From an uncultured Mycoplasmatota bacterium (lineage in GTDB: Bacteria; Bacillota_I; Bacilli_A; RF39; UBA660), in NCBI GenBank assembly GCA_948329525.1, contig CAOJBM010000001.1:407-64406 (forward strand): a stretch of 64,000 nt of DNA, in the 5' to 3' direction. Position 1 is the stretch's first letter. Each line of letters opens with the position of its first letter. The position numbers were made by a program, and so were the translations under genes. Positions 1-9,527 of this stretch are shown piece by piece. The notes beneath the pieces were generated by a model. It made no database searches, had not been told where the DNA came from, and was given only the letters and a program-made list of their open reading frames with translations.

Positions 1-217
1 CAACTCCATTAATATCGCATAAATCTATTTTAAAACCTAATTTTTTAAAATATTCCATATCTTTAATAAGCCAATCATTCATATCCCCACCTTCATAATT
101 GGAGGCAGTTGTACAAAATAACATTTTTAAATCTTTAAAATCCTTACCAATAAAATTTTTTAATTCTTCTTCTATACTTTTATTGGCAATACCACCAGAA
201 GTTAAAACTAATTTCAT
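1..217 (-). CDS. Peptidase E-like (S51 family dipeptidase) protein; N-terminal part only, gene runs out of the window at position 1
   Basis: Minus-strand translation from ATG (plus 215-217) reads MKLVLTSGGIANKSIEEELKNFIGKDFKDLKMLFCTTASNYEGGDMNDWLIKDMEYFKKLGFKIDL, a PepE-like pattern; AGAGGTG RBS upstream. Absent from the ORF track because it is truncated by the window edge. Confidence 0.5.
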   Translation of the reverse strand, partial: MKLVLTSGGIANKSIEEELKNFIGKDFKDLKMLFCTTASNYEGGDMNDWLIKDMEYFKKLGFKIDLCDINGV

Positions 218-233
218 CTACTACACCTCTTTC

Positions 234-626
234 TTAAATACACTTTAATAAATCAGGAAACTCTGTATAACCACTTTCGGCATTTAAGTGTCCTCCATCA
301 TCAATTACCACTTGTTTTGTAGCAATAGTATCAGCAAAACTTTTTTCTACTTCATATTTAACATAAGGGTCATTTTTACTATAATAACAAATTATATCAT
401 CACAATAGTTTTTAACATCCTCTAAATTATCCAAATACATTGTTTTATTAACATTGTCATATTCCTCATTAATACCTAAATAATTATTAAAACCACAAAC
501 AAAAATTAATCTTTTAACTTTGATTTTATTAGTAATTAAAAACTTTGCTATAAATGCAGGAGCTATTGAATGAGCAAATATAATTGTATTTTCATTTATA
601 AGGCTAGCTTTAACATATACTTTCAT
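234..626 (-). CDS. Alpha/beta-fold serine hydrolase (YdeN/RBBP9-like); N-terminus uncertain because the frame stays open upstream to ~737 without an ATG
   Basis: AHSIA nucleophile-elbow-like motif and C-terminal DDGGHLN histidine motif. The upstream in-frame sequence FWVYALFWGVEN resembles the HGWGG start of this family. A C6 tract at 698-703 lies at the frame junction. Confidence 0.45.
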   Translation of the reverse strand: MKVYVKASLINENTIIFAHSIAPAFIAKFLITNKIKVKRLIFVCGFNNYLGINEEYDNVNKTMYLDNLEDVKNYCDDIICYYSKNDPYVKYEVEKSFADTIATKQVVIDDGGHLNAESGYTEFPDLLKCI

Positions 627-766
627 AAGTTCATTCCAATTATCAAAATTTTGATACCCAACTCCACTTGGTAAATCAGGTGTGTATATGTTTTCTACCC
701 CCCAGAATAGAGCATATACCCAAAATTCTTTTATATCTTTTGTTAATTAATTATAATTTCTTTAAC

Positions 767-1315
767 TTAATCTATAATTTCATTTAATAATTGGTTTAAT
801 ATCATATTTCTATTTTTCCCAGACTTAGTATCAATTAGATTAAAACCATATTTACTACACTCTTTAACTAACAACTTATTTCTATCATAAAAATTTTTTA
901 CACATGAATTTAAATATTCTTCATTTACCTGAGCAATCCAATCAGTTGGTTTAGCATAATGGATTACATTAAATTTTATTTCTTCTAAACTACAATTGGG
1001 GTATGCTAAAAAATAAACTTTAACTTTATCTTTATTTTGTAATCTATCAATATCTGTAGGCAAAAAATCATACATATCAATTACAGTATCAATTCCTTCA
1101 ATCTCTGCTTCTTCAATCGATTTATTAACAATATTTTCAAAAAAGGCAAATTTTATATCGTAAGAAAATTCATCTATTTTAATATTTAGTCCTTCTTCAA
1201 TCGCACTATAAATATTATCAAAAGATATTCTATTAAATCCTTTTTTAATTAGTTTAAATGATAACGTACTTTTGCCACTCCTAGCATTACCTCCTAAAAT
1301 TACTACTTTCGCCAT
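767..1315 (-). CDS. P-loop NTPase / kinase-like protein
   Basis: Walker A GGNARSGKST near the N-terminus; 182 aa. Confidence 0.5.
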   Translation of the reverse strand: MAKVVILGGNARSGKSTLSFKLIKKGFNRISFDNIYSAIEEGLNIKIDEFSYDIKFAFFENIVNKSIEEAEIEGIDTVIDMYDFLPTDIDRLQNKDKVKVYFLAYPNCSLEEIKFNVIHYAKPTDWIAQVNEEYLNSCVKNFYDRNKLLVKECSKYGFNLIDTKSGKNRNMILNQLLNEIID

Positions 1316-1892
1316 TAAAACTTTTATCTCCCTTCATAACAAAACCATTTGTTGAATCTATATTTACAATAGTAAAACCATATTGTAAAAAAGAATAAAC
1401 AATTTCTCTATGCTTTGCTACAGCCCCAGGCAGCCATTCCTTTGTAAACATTTTTTCATATCTTTCTTTATCAGTTTGAAACCAATCTTTATTAGTAAAT
1501 CTATCATAATGCAAATCTAAGTCATCTATTTCTAATAAATATATTTCTTTAGTTAAATTAGGATACTTAAAGGCAAATTCTTTTAAGGTATTTCCATATA
1601 TATCATTCATATCATTTGATTGCCCTTTTATTAGTAAAATATTACTATTACTTTGTAGAAAATCTTCTATTTTTTTCATTATTACTTCTTTTCGAGATTT
1701 TTCATTATTTTCATCATCAAATGCTGATAAATTTGATGATATTGTTTCTCTTATTACATCTATTTTTTCATTGTCTAATCCTAAATATGCTCTAATATTA
1801 TTCTCATTATTTAAAATTGCATTGATTAATGTAGATTTTCCAGTCGCAGATTCTCCAAATACCCAAATTACACTTTTCATTATTTTTTTCAC
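1287..1892 (-). CDS. P-loop NTPase / kinase-like protein (paralog of the downstream gene, 29-nt overlap)
   Basis: Walker A GESATGKST; 201 aa. Confidence 0.5.
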   Translation of the reverse strand: MKKIMKSVIWVFGESATGKSTLINAILNNENNIRAYLGLDNEKIDVIRETISSNLSAFDDENNEKSRKEVIMKKIEDFLQSNSNILLIKGQSNDMNDIYGNTLKEFAFKYPNLTKEIYLLEIDDLDLHYDRFTNKDWFQTDKERYEKMFTKEWLPGAVAKHREIVYSFLQYGFTIVNIDSTNGFVMKGDKSFNGESSNFRR

Positions 1893-1971
1893 TTCCTACA
1901 AATTATTTTTACACAAAATTAATATACATTTATTATACCAAAAACTGCTTTTTCTACATAATTTTTTAACT

Positions 1972-2143
1972 AACAGGATATGGAAAGGCACCACGAAACT
2001 TTAAAACACTTATAAAATAAGAGTTTAAATTCATCGTAGTTGCACCACCAACACTTTTCGCACTTGCGAAAAGAACCTTTTTTACACATTTTTGGGTTCT
2101 AATTTCTTAAAAAACTCTATTTTAACCTTTATTTATAAGGATT
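1972..2143. repeat. Copy 1 of a ~172-bp repeated element with palindromic core TTTTCGCA-ct-TGCGAAAA (2054-2073)
   Basis: Aligns over its whole length (about 80% identity) with 34981-35152. Shared blocks are aacaggatatgg, gcaccacgaaa, tcgtagttgcacca, ttttcgcacttgcgaaaa and ttttaccctttatttataaggatt. Confidence 0.6.
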
Positions 2144-2299
2144 TTGGTAGACCCTTTTTTGAACCTACCTACTATTTTTTCTTACTTTTTATTTATTTTG
2201 GGTATAAGCGTTATTCGCCCCCCATTTTCAATTTCTTTTCTTAACCATGGTATCCAATTAGAAAATGGATTACTAAAACTACCATGAATTATAAAATAA

Positions 2300-2986
2300 T
2301 TATTTTTCATTTAAAACATTTCCTTTCTTTGCTTCTATATTCCACTTAATTATACCATAAATATTTATGAGTAAATACCCAATTGAAACTAACAACATCA
2401 TACCAGAATTTTCTCCCTTTGATATAAATGTTATTAACCATATGGTTAAATCAATAGTGTTATTGATAAGCCATATCCACCAACATTCCTTAAATCTTAA
2501 AATACCTAATACTACAGCACACAAATTTATAATATTGGTAGATGCATCTAAAAAAGCAATTCTTTGTGAAGGAATTAAAGTTAATAAATAACTTAAAATT
2601 AAACTTCCAACTATACAAGAAATAGTTATTATAATAGAATTTTTTAAAGTAAACTCTCGTACTTTAACGTTATTATCTTTATTTAAATTTTTACTCCAAC
2701 TAATAAATCCTTGTATTTGTAATATTGGACATATAACTGCTCCAAAAATAAATAAACCATAAAGTCCATTTTTAAAAGATACATATCCTATTAACAAATA
2801 ATTAATTAATCCAAGTTTATAACTAACTCTTTTACCTTCACTAAAAAAATAAGCACATAAAAGTCCTGTAAAAAGACTTGTCCCACCAATTAAGATATCA
2901 TGAAATATTATCCCTGATATTAAAGATATTATTAAACATATTATTGTCACTATTAAATATTTTTTATTCATTTTTGAATATCCCAT
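2300..2986 (-). CDS. PnuC-like nicotinamide riboside transporter family membrane protein
   Basis: 228 aa, about 7 predicted TM helices, Trp-rich motifs (FKECWWIWLINN, IIKWN) typical of PnuC. Confidence 0.4.
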   Translation of the reverse strand: MGYSKMNKKYLIVTIICLIISLISGIIFHDILIGGTSLFTGLLCAYFFSEGKRVSYKLGLINYLLIGYVSFKNGLYGLFIFGAVICPILQIQGFISWSKNLNKDNNVKVREFTLKNSIIITISCIVGSLILSYLLTLIPSQRIAFLDASTNIINLCAVVLGILRFKECWWIWLINNTIDLTIWLITFISKGENSGMMLLVSIGYLLINIYGIIKWNIEAKKGNVLNEK

Positions 2987-3615
2987 TCAATTAAGTTATT
3001 ATTTAATTTATCTATATTATCTTGAAGAGATAAAAGATAAGGTATATTACTTATAATGTCTATACCATTAATTGCTGTAATAGAAGAGTCTAAGGGCAAT
3101 ATTTTTTGTTCATATAAATTCTGTTTTAATAAATCATTTATATTATCAACTTTATTCGCAACATAATTTTCAAAGTAATATAATGTCCACACATTTTTAG
3201 ATTTAGAGAATTTAAGTTCAAATATAGGTTCTAATTCTTCATTAATATTAACATTATCTAGTTTAAAAGTCTTTTTAAATTCATCTCTCAAAATATTGAT
3301 TCTTGTTTCTTTTGTATACCCTTTTTCTTGTTCATAAACTTTGAAATATATATTTTTGTATTCTTCAATTAATTCTTCAAAAGTAGGATTTTCATTACTA
3401 AATTTATAATTATCTATAGTGAATTTATGATTTAATTCGTAAAATGAATAAAGACAATTCCAAGTATCTGGATTTGTATTATAGAGAATAATACCAGTTT
3501 CGCCTTTATAATGAATATTAGTATATAAGTTTAAGGCACTATCTAATCTAGTAGTTATCATGTCTTTGGGAACTTTTTCTTTTAACATTTCTTTTGTAAT
3601 TATCACTTTTACCAC
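2968..3615 (-). CDS. Hypothetical protein
   Basis: 215-aa ORF, host-like codon usage, overlaps the downstream gene start. Confidence 0.4.
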   Translation of the reverse strand: MVKVIITKEMLKEKVPKDMITTRLDSALNLYTNIHYKGETGIILYNTNPDTWNCLYSFYELNHKFTIDNYKFSNENPTFEELIEEYKNIYFKVYEQEKGYTKETRINILRDEFKKTFKLDNVNINEELEPIFELKFSKSKNVWTLYYFENYVANKVDNINDLLKQNLYEQKILPLDSSITAINGIDIISNIPYLLSLQDNIDKLNNNLIEWDIQK

Positions 3616-3637
3616 TTCCTTAAATTATTATAAAACT

Positions 3638-4315
3638 TTAATTAATTTTACTTTTAACTAAATTTACTTCTAAATCTTCGATTTTTTCTTCTTTAGCATA
3701 TTTAACTAATAAATGTGCTTCATAAGTTGCTAAACTTCTTCCACTATTCCAACTATTATCGGATAAAAACCAATTATTATTATCAGTAAAAGCATATTTA
3801 GCAGGAATTAAAGTCACTTCAATCCAAGGGAGTTTCTTTTTTAAAATAGCATAACATCTTTTCAAATGAAATTCACTTGTTATTATTGTAATATTTCTAA
3901 TTGTAGACAACTCATTTTTTAAAAGTTCTAATGCATTATCAACATTTTCAAAAGTATTATTCGATGTAGTATCTAATAAAATATCTTCTTCTTTTACTCC
4001 TAGCTTAATAGCTAATTCCTTCATTTTTATAGCTTCTGCTATATTGGAATTATCTTGATTACTAACACCATTTACTCCACCCATAAAAATAATTTTTTCA
4101 AACCTTTTACTTTTATATGCTCTTACAACAGTTACTACTCTTTCTTTTAAAAGCATGCTATTTCCAAATACTAAACAATATTTACTATAATTTCCATTAT
4201 CAAAAACATTAGAATAAACAATAGCATTTATATCATCATCACTTAAATTTTCATCATTTATATTTGATAATTTCATAAAATCTTTCTTCCTACTTAACCT
4301 CATTTTGAACTTCAT
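3638..4315 (-). CDS. DUF218 (YdcF/SanA-like) domain protein
   Basis: Motifs CLVFGNS...FMGGVNGVS...LLDTTSNNTFENV are typical of the YdcF/ElyC/SanA fold. Confidence 0.5.
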   Translation of the reverse strand: MKFKMRLSRKKDFMKLSNINDENLSDDDINAIVYSNVFDNGNYSKYCLVFGNSMLLKERVVTVVRAYKSKRFEKIIFMGGVNGVSNQDNSNIAEAIKMKELAIKLGVKEEDILLDTTSNNTFENVDNALELLKNELSTIRNITIITSEFHLKRCYAILKKKLPWIEVTLIPAKYAFTDNNNWFLSDNSWNSGRSLATYEAHLLVKYAKEEKIEDLEVNLVKSKIN

Positions 4316-5132
4316 CTTTTATTAAAGCAATTACATTTTCCACCCAAATAGCAACCAATCTATCAATTGCTTCCTTCGTATAAAAGGCATAAGGTGCTGT
4401 TGCCATAATATTACCTTTATAATCATACAGTTTTGGCTCATTACCATATAATTCAAAAGCATAACTTATTTCTTCTTTTTCTGCTCGATTTAATAATAAG
4501 TTATGATTATATAACTCTCGAGGATTATTTATAACATTTATAAGAGCATTTCCACTCATTAAGTTAATTAAATCATCACTTATGAGTTTTTTTGTTTCAC
4601 TATTTGTTGCAAATGTTGGAAAGATAAAATCGGCTTTTTCAAAGATAGTTTCTATATCAACTTTTTTATAATTATTTTGTTTTTCAGTTCTATTCCAATA
4701 CATAACATTCATACCTAATGCTTGACACATAGCAGCTATTTTAGAACCTATTGTACCTAATCCAATAATACCTACAGTTTTATTTCTAATTTCAGTAGTT
4801 AACATATAATGCGAATATTCCATTTTATAATCCATTTTTGCTTGAATAGGAAATTTTTTAGCTAAACACATCATAAGAAAAACACCATATTCCGCTACTG
4901 AAACAGTAGAATATTTAGGTATATTACAGTATGTAATATTGTGTTCTTTACAATAATCTAAATCAATCCAATCAAATGCTGTTGTAGATAAACAAACTCC
5001 TTTTAGATTTTTTATTTTACTCAAATGAGTAGCATTAATGTCCCAATTATACCAATCAGGGTCGACAACTAATATTTTCTCATTTTCATCTTCTAAATAT
5101 GATGCTTTATCTAAATCAAAAGTATCTTCCAA
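4290..5132 (-). CDS. D-isomer-specific 2-hydroxyacid dehydrogenase family protein
   Basis: NAD-binding GIIGLGTIGSKIA Rossmann motif; 280 aa. Confidence 0.7.
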   Translation of the reverse strand: MEDTFDLDKASYLEDENEKILVVDPDWYNWDINATHLSKIKNLKGVCLSTTAFDWIDLDYCKEHNITYCNIPKYSTVSVAEYGVFLMMCLAKKFPIQAKMDYKMEYSHYMLTTEIRNKTVGIIGLGTIGSKIAAMCQALGMNVMYWNRTEKQNNYKKVDIETIFEKADFIFPTFATNSETKKLISDDLINLMSGNALINVINNPRELYNHNLLLNRAEKEEISYAFELYGNEPKLYDYKGNIMATAPYAFYTKEAIDRLVAIWVENVIALIKDEVQNEVK

Positions 5133-5294
5133 AAAATTATTTCACCAACTCTACTTAATTGTTTAATTTGCTCTTCTGTAAAACTTTCTTTTATATAAGT
5201 AATATAAATCTTCATACATACACTCTCCTTACAAAAATTATATACTATTTCTTTTAATTTTAAAATGACTAATTTTACAATTTGTACTAAATAT

Positions 5295-5325
5295 ATTAAT
5301 TAAAAAAGAATACTTTTAATAAGTA
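5295..5325 (-). terminator. Rho-independent terminator after rpsR
   Basis: Perfect 9-bp stem AGAATACTT-ttaat-AAGTATTCT at 5301-5325, followed on the minus strand by a U-run (plus A6 at 5295-5300). Confidence 0.5.
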
Positions 5326-5327
5326 TT

Positions 5328-5543
5328 CTATTTAACATATGGTATTAAAGCCATAAATCTTGCCCATTTGATTTGTTGTGCAATATGTCTTTGATGTTTA
5401 GCACAAGCTCCTGTCATTCTTCTTGGCATAATCTTGCCTTTTTCATTAATATATTTAGAAACTATCATAACATCTTTATAATCAACACTTTTTCCAGCAC
5501 ACATTTGGCAAATTTTCTTTTTCTTACGATAAAATTCAGCCAT
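5328..5543 (-). CDS. rpsR: 30S ribosomal protein S18
   Basis: 71 aa with Cys-containing N-terminus and MTGACAKHQRHIAQQIKWARFMALIPY, characteristic of bS18; last gene of the rpsF-ssb-rpsR order. Confidence 0.9.
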   Translation of the reverse strand: MAEFYRKKKKICQMCAGKSVDYKDVMIVSKYINEKGKIMPRRMTGACAKHQRHIAQQIKWARFMALIPYVK

Positions 5544-5559
5544 TTATATTTCCTCCTTT

Positions 5560-6027
5560 TTAAAATGGTAAGTCATCATCAGATAATGCTACTTCGTTAC
5601 CAAAATCCTTAAAAGGGTCTTCAGATACATCTGTAGTTTCAATATCTTGACTAGGCTCAAAATTGTTTTCTATTTCGTTATTTGTATTAGTTTGAAAGTC
5701 TCCACTAGTTCCTTTTGCTCCTAAAAAAGTTACATTATCAGCTAATACTTCTGTAACATATCTTTTAGTTCCATCTTGAGCATCATAACTTCTAGTTTGA
5801 ATTCTTCCTTCAACAGCTACTTGAGAACCTTTTTTACAATATTTAGCTATGTTTTCAGCTTGTTTACGCCATGCAACACAGTTAATAAAATCCGTTTCTC
5901 TTTCGCCATTTTGATTCGTATATGTTCTTGAAACAGCAACGGTAAAACTAGTACTTGAAATACCAGATGTTGTTGTTCTAAGTTCAGGGTCCCTTGTTAA
6001 TCTTCCTATTAAAATTGCTTTATTCAT
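5560..6027 (-). CDS. ssb: Single-stranded DNA-binding protein
   Basis: MNKAILIGRLTRDPELR OB-fold start and acidic C-terminal tail DDDLPF. Confidence 0.9.
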   Translation of the reverse strand: MNKAILIGRLTRDPELRTTTSGISSTSFTVAVSRTYTNQNGERETDFINCVAWRKQAENIAKYCKKGSQVAVEGRIQTRSYDAQDGTKRYVTEVLADNVTFLGAKGTSGDFQTNTNNEIENNFEPSQDIETTDVSEDPFKDFGNEVALSDDDLPF

Positions 6028-6032
6028 TATTA

Positions 6033-6323
6033 CTACTCCTCATCTAATTTAATAATTAAATGTCTTAAAACTGTTTCATCAATATTAGCTTTTCTATCTA
6101 ATTCAGCTATTGTTTCTTTATTAGCTTCAAAATTCATTACGAAGTAATAACCATTAATTTCTTTTTTTATTGGATAAGCTAATTTTTTTTCGCCAAGTTC
6201 CTTAAGTTCGTTTACTTTGCCTTTCGCACTTGTTACTATAGATTCAATATTTTTAGCAGTTTTAGAAACTTGCTCACTTTCCATAGTAGCTTTTACAATA
6301 AACATCATTTCATATTTATTCAT
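6033..6323 (-). CDS. rpsF: 30S ribosomal protein S6 (start placed at MNKYEMMFIV rather than the ORF-track upstream Met)
   Basis: MNKYEMMFIVK...GYYFVMNFEA matches bS6; AAGGAGGTG RBS precedes this ATG. Confidence 0.85.
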   Translation of the reverse strand: MNKYEMMFIVKATMESEQVSKTAKNIESIVTSAKGKVNELKELGEKKLAYPIKKEINGYYFVMNFEANKETIAELDRKANIDETVLRHLIIKLDEE

Positions 6324-6329
6324 TTTTCT

Positions 6330-6426
6330 ACACCTCCTTATGGTCAATTTCGGCTTCATTAAATGAAGCAAGGAGTAAATTAATACTCGTTAAGTATTAT
6401 AACAAATGTTAGTTAATAAGTAAATA
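6330..6426 (-). promoter_or_regulatory. Putative rpsF promoter (extended -10 TGtTATAAT, -35-like TTTACT) and structured 5' leader hairpin
   Basis: Minus strand reads tttact-17nt-tataat about 70 nt upstream of rpsF. The leader contains a GCTTCAtt-aa-atGAAGC stem-loop. rpsF leaders in Firmicutes are known S6:S18 autoregulatory RNAs. Confidence 0.3.
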
Positions 6427-6469
6427 ATTTATTTCCTTTTAAATATTATGAAGTTATAACTCTTTTAGA

Positions 6470-6779
6470 CTTTTTTCATCCATATATTCATAGTTTAAAG
6501 CATTATCTCTAGAAATAACACTTTCTCCAAGTTCATCTTCTATATCTTTTCTTGCATTACCTACTTTTTATACAGCAGTAAAGCCTTGAATTCCTTTTAT
6601 TCGCTTAGCAAGCCACAATTTTATTGATTCAGCATTTTTATTAATAATTGACTATATTCTAAAGATTTCCTCTATATCGACAACACTGAAAAATTACTTT
6701 TTCCTTCTTTATTCCAAACAGTTCTAATTGTTTCACTATTAAAAAATTTGTTTACTAAATACATTTTATTTTCTTCCAT
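6470..6779 (-). pseudogene. Decayed phage antirepressor-like gene (Bro-N domain), broken by several frameshifts and stops
   Basis: Strong GGGAGG RBS then ATG at plus 6777-6779. It reads MEENKMYLVNKFFNSETIRTVWNKEGKSNFSV, Bro-N-like, then stops. Continuations appear in other frames (VVDIEEIFRI; ESIKLWLAKRIKGIQGFTAV; GNARKDIEDELGESVISRDNALNYEY). Confidence 0.4.
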
Positions 6780-6901
6780 TTTAAACCTCCCTCGATATAA
6801 AACTTTTATACGATTGTTTTATAATCAAGGTAAATTTTTAGAAACTTTGGAATAAAAAATTATCAGCCACTTTTAAACGTAATTGATAACTTTAAAACTT
6901 T

Positions 6902-7963
6902 TTATATATCTGTTTCAACATTAGGTAATTCTACTTCTTTATTAGCCATTACAAATTTTAAAACTTGTACCATTGTCTCTGTTTGTTCTTTTAAAGACAT
7001 ATTAATACTATCAAAAGTATTCATTCTTTGTTTAGAGTCGTATACTATTTTAAAAACTTTTTCTTTATCTTCATCATCACTAAAACTTATAATAGGATAT
7101 CCTTTTCCTAACAATTCTAAATACTTAACTACAATAAATTGTAAAGACCTTAATAAACTTTCTTTATATGGTGTATCTTTTAAATCACTTAGAATTAAAT
7201 TACACAAATTGAGTGGTCCATCTGGATAGACAATAATTTCTTGATTATTAGTTAGCAATAAATATTTAACTAAGATAGTATAAAAAGAGTCATTAAACAC
7301 TTTAATTTTTTCTTCTTCCGTTAAAATATAAAAATCATCATCAAATTCTTGATTTAAAGAACAAATTTTGTTAGTTCTATTATAAATCTCTTTATTAAAC
7401 ATTAATAAAAAATAATTAAAAGGTATCTCTTGGACTTGTTCCATAGTAACACTTCTTTCTGTTTCTTTATTATAATATAATTTTAAATTATTACAAGAGT
7501 TATTTAATCTTAAAGGTAACAACTTATCATCAAGTTTTTTTAAACAATTTTTAAAAGAAGAAGATTTTACTTTTGTTTCTGTAACTATCACATATTTAGA
7601 ATGCTCACAATATGCTCCTTCTGTCATTTCTTTTACTGCATAGCTTTGAAATTCATTTTCTTTTCCATTATAAACTAGCACAATAGTTGTTTTATAACTA
7701 GCACGTAAATATTCTTTAATGGAAGAATTAGGAGTAAGTAAGCAATTAATATCTACTTCTAAAGCATTTTCTAAACTATCTTTATACTTCAAAGTTAATA
7801 GAGCATTACATTTATCTTTTTGCATATCAGAAGATATAATAAGTTGATAACCATTTCTTAACATATATTGTATTTTATTTGAAGTTACATACATTATATT
7901 AATCTTTTCACTTTCATCTTTTAATTCTTTTTTCTTTTCAAATTTTTCTACTTTTATAATCAT
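6902..7963 (-). CDS. Hypothetical protein (353 aa)
   Basis: Long ORF, no recognisable motif; coupled (3-nt gap) to the upstream ORF. Confidence 0.4.
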   Translation of the reverse strand: MIIKVEKFEKKKELKDESEKINIMYVTSNKIQYMLRNGYQLIISSDMQKDKCNALLTLKYKDSLENALEVDINCLLTPNSSIKEYLRASYKTTIVLVYNGKENEFQSYAVKEMTEGAYCEHSKYVIVTETKVKSSSFKNCLKKLDDKLLPLRLNNSCNNLKLYYNKETERSVTMEQVQEIPFNYFLLMFNKEIYNRTNKICSLNQEFDDDFYILTEEEKIKVFNDSFYTILVKYLLLTNNQEIIVYPDGPLNLCNLILSDLKDTPYKESLLRSLQFIVVKYLELLGKGYPIISFSDDEDKEKVFKIVYDSKQRMNTFDSINMSLKEQTETMVQVLKFVMANKEVELPNVETDI

Positions 7964-7965
7964 AT

Positions 7966-8364
7966 CTATCCTTTATTAATTTCATCTATAATTACTTTTG
8001 TTTCTTGCATATTATTCTTAATTTTTTTATCCAAACTAAAGAAGCCATTTACTTCTTCTTTTATATAGTCAGGTACAAAAACATTATCCTTTTCCAAAAT
8101 AAAAATTATTCTATTTTTTATCAAAAGTTCCACTTCATCTTTATTAATACGATTAAATAAGTTTAGGTTAATTATTCTTTTAGTTACACTAATAGATAGA
8201 GAAGTATCGGGAAGCAAATTAATTTCTATTACTTTTTGATTATTTAAGACTAATATTTTTTGGTATTTTTTATAAAAGTCTTTTAACTCTTTATAAATAC
8301 TAGTACCTATTTTATCTAATTCTTTAGAATAATTTAGAATAAAACACCCAATATCTTTTTGCAT
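7966..8364 (-). CDS. Hypothetical protein (start moved to the second Met, just after the ychF stop)
   Basis: ORF 7966..8406 overlaps ychF by 40 nt if the first Met is used; no recognisable motif. Confidence 0.35.
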   Translation of the reverse strand: MQKDIGCFILNYSKELDKIGTSIYKELKDFYKKYQKILVLNNQKVIEINLLPDTSLSISVTKRIINLNLFNRINKDEVELLIKNRIIFILEKDNVFVPDYIKEEVNGFFSLDKKIKNNMQETKVIIDEINKG

Positions 8365-8365
8365 A

Positions 8366-9469
8366 CTATTTAGTAATATTAAATCTAAAGAAACAAATAT
8401 CTCCATCTTGCATAATGTATTCTTTTCCTTCTAATCTTAACTTTCCTGCTTCTTTTACTGCTTTTTCACTTTGCAATTCTTCTAAAACATCAAAAGACAT
8501 AACTTCGGCTTTAATAAATCCTCTTTCAAAATCAGTATGAATAATTCCTGCACATTCTGGAGCTTTCATTCCACTTTTAAAAGTCCAAGCTCTAACTTCA
8601 TCTTTACCTGATGTAAAAAACGTTTTTAACCCAAGAAGAGAATATGTTGCTTTTATAAGTAAATCCAGACCACTTTCTTCGATACCTAATTCACTTAAGA
8701 ATAACATCTTATCTTCACCTTCTAAATCGGATAGTTCACTTTCTAACTTAGCAGACATTATAACTACTTCGGCATTTTCGCATCTTGCATACTCTATTAC
8801 TTCATTTGTATAAGAATTTCCATTTGCTACTTCTTCATCTGATACATTAGCAACATAAATAATTTTCTTTAAAGTTATAAAATTAAAAGGCTTAATTATT
8901 TCTAATTCATCTTTTGTATATTCTATACTTCTTAATGGTTTATTCTCTAATAATGTGCTTTGAGCTTTTTTTAGTGCTCCTAATTCTAATACTATTAGTT
9001 TATCTTTTGTCGTTTCAGCCTTTTTTTCTATTTTTCCTATCCTATTTTCAACTATTTCCAAATCTGCTAAAATAAGTTCTGTATTAATAATTTCCATATC
9101 TCTTACAGGGTCAGTATTTCCTTCAACGTGAGTGATTTCAGCATTATCAAAACATCTTACTACTTCGACGATTGCATCAACTTCTCTTATATGTGATAAA
9201 AACTTATTGCCGAGTCCTTCTCCTTTAGATGCACCTTTAACAAGTCCTGCAATATCGGTAAATTCAAAAGTAGTAGGAACTAAACTTTTAGGTTCATACA
9301 TTTTGTTTAAGATTTCCAATCTTCTATCTGGAACTGTAACTACTCCGACATTTGGTTCAATTGTTGCAAAAGGAAAATTTGCTGCCAATATATTTTTCTT
9401 TGTAATAGCATTAAAAAGAGTTGATTTCCCTACATTAGGTAATCCAACTATACCTGCTTTTAAAGCCAT
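8366..9469 (-). CDS. ychF: Ribosome-binding ATPase YchF (Obg-like GTPase family)
   Basis: MALKAGIVGLPNVGKSTLFNAIT G1 motif, TGS-domain C-terminus, 367 aa. Confidence 0.9.
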   Translation of the reverse strand: MALKAGIVGLPNVGKSTLFNAITKKNILAANFPFATIEPNVGVVTVPDRRLEILNKMYEPKSLVPTTFEFTDIAGLVKGASKGEGLGNKFLSHIREVDAIVEVVRCFDNAEITHVEGNTDPVRDMEIINTELILADLEIVENRIGKIEKKAETTKDKLIVLELGALKKAQSTLLENKPLRSIEYTKDELEIIKPFNFITLKKIIYVANVSDEEVANGNSYTNEVIEYARCENAEVVIMSAKLESELSDLEGEDKMLFLSELGIEESGLDLLIKATYSLLGLKTFFTSGKDEVRAWTFKSGMKAPECAGIIHTDFERGFIKAEVMSFDVLEELQSEKAVKEAGKLRLEGKEYIMQDGDICFFRFNITK

Positions 9470-9527
9470 TATACCACCTCAATTTCTTTACTTATTATAT
9501 AAAAAAACAACTGATTATTCAATTGTT

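Noticed and set aside
5373-5612. 79-aa plus-strand ORF overlapping rpsR and ssb
   Set aside because: It is antisense to two highly conserved genes, so it is spurious.
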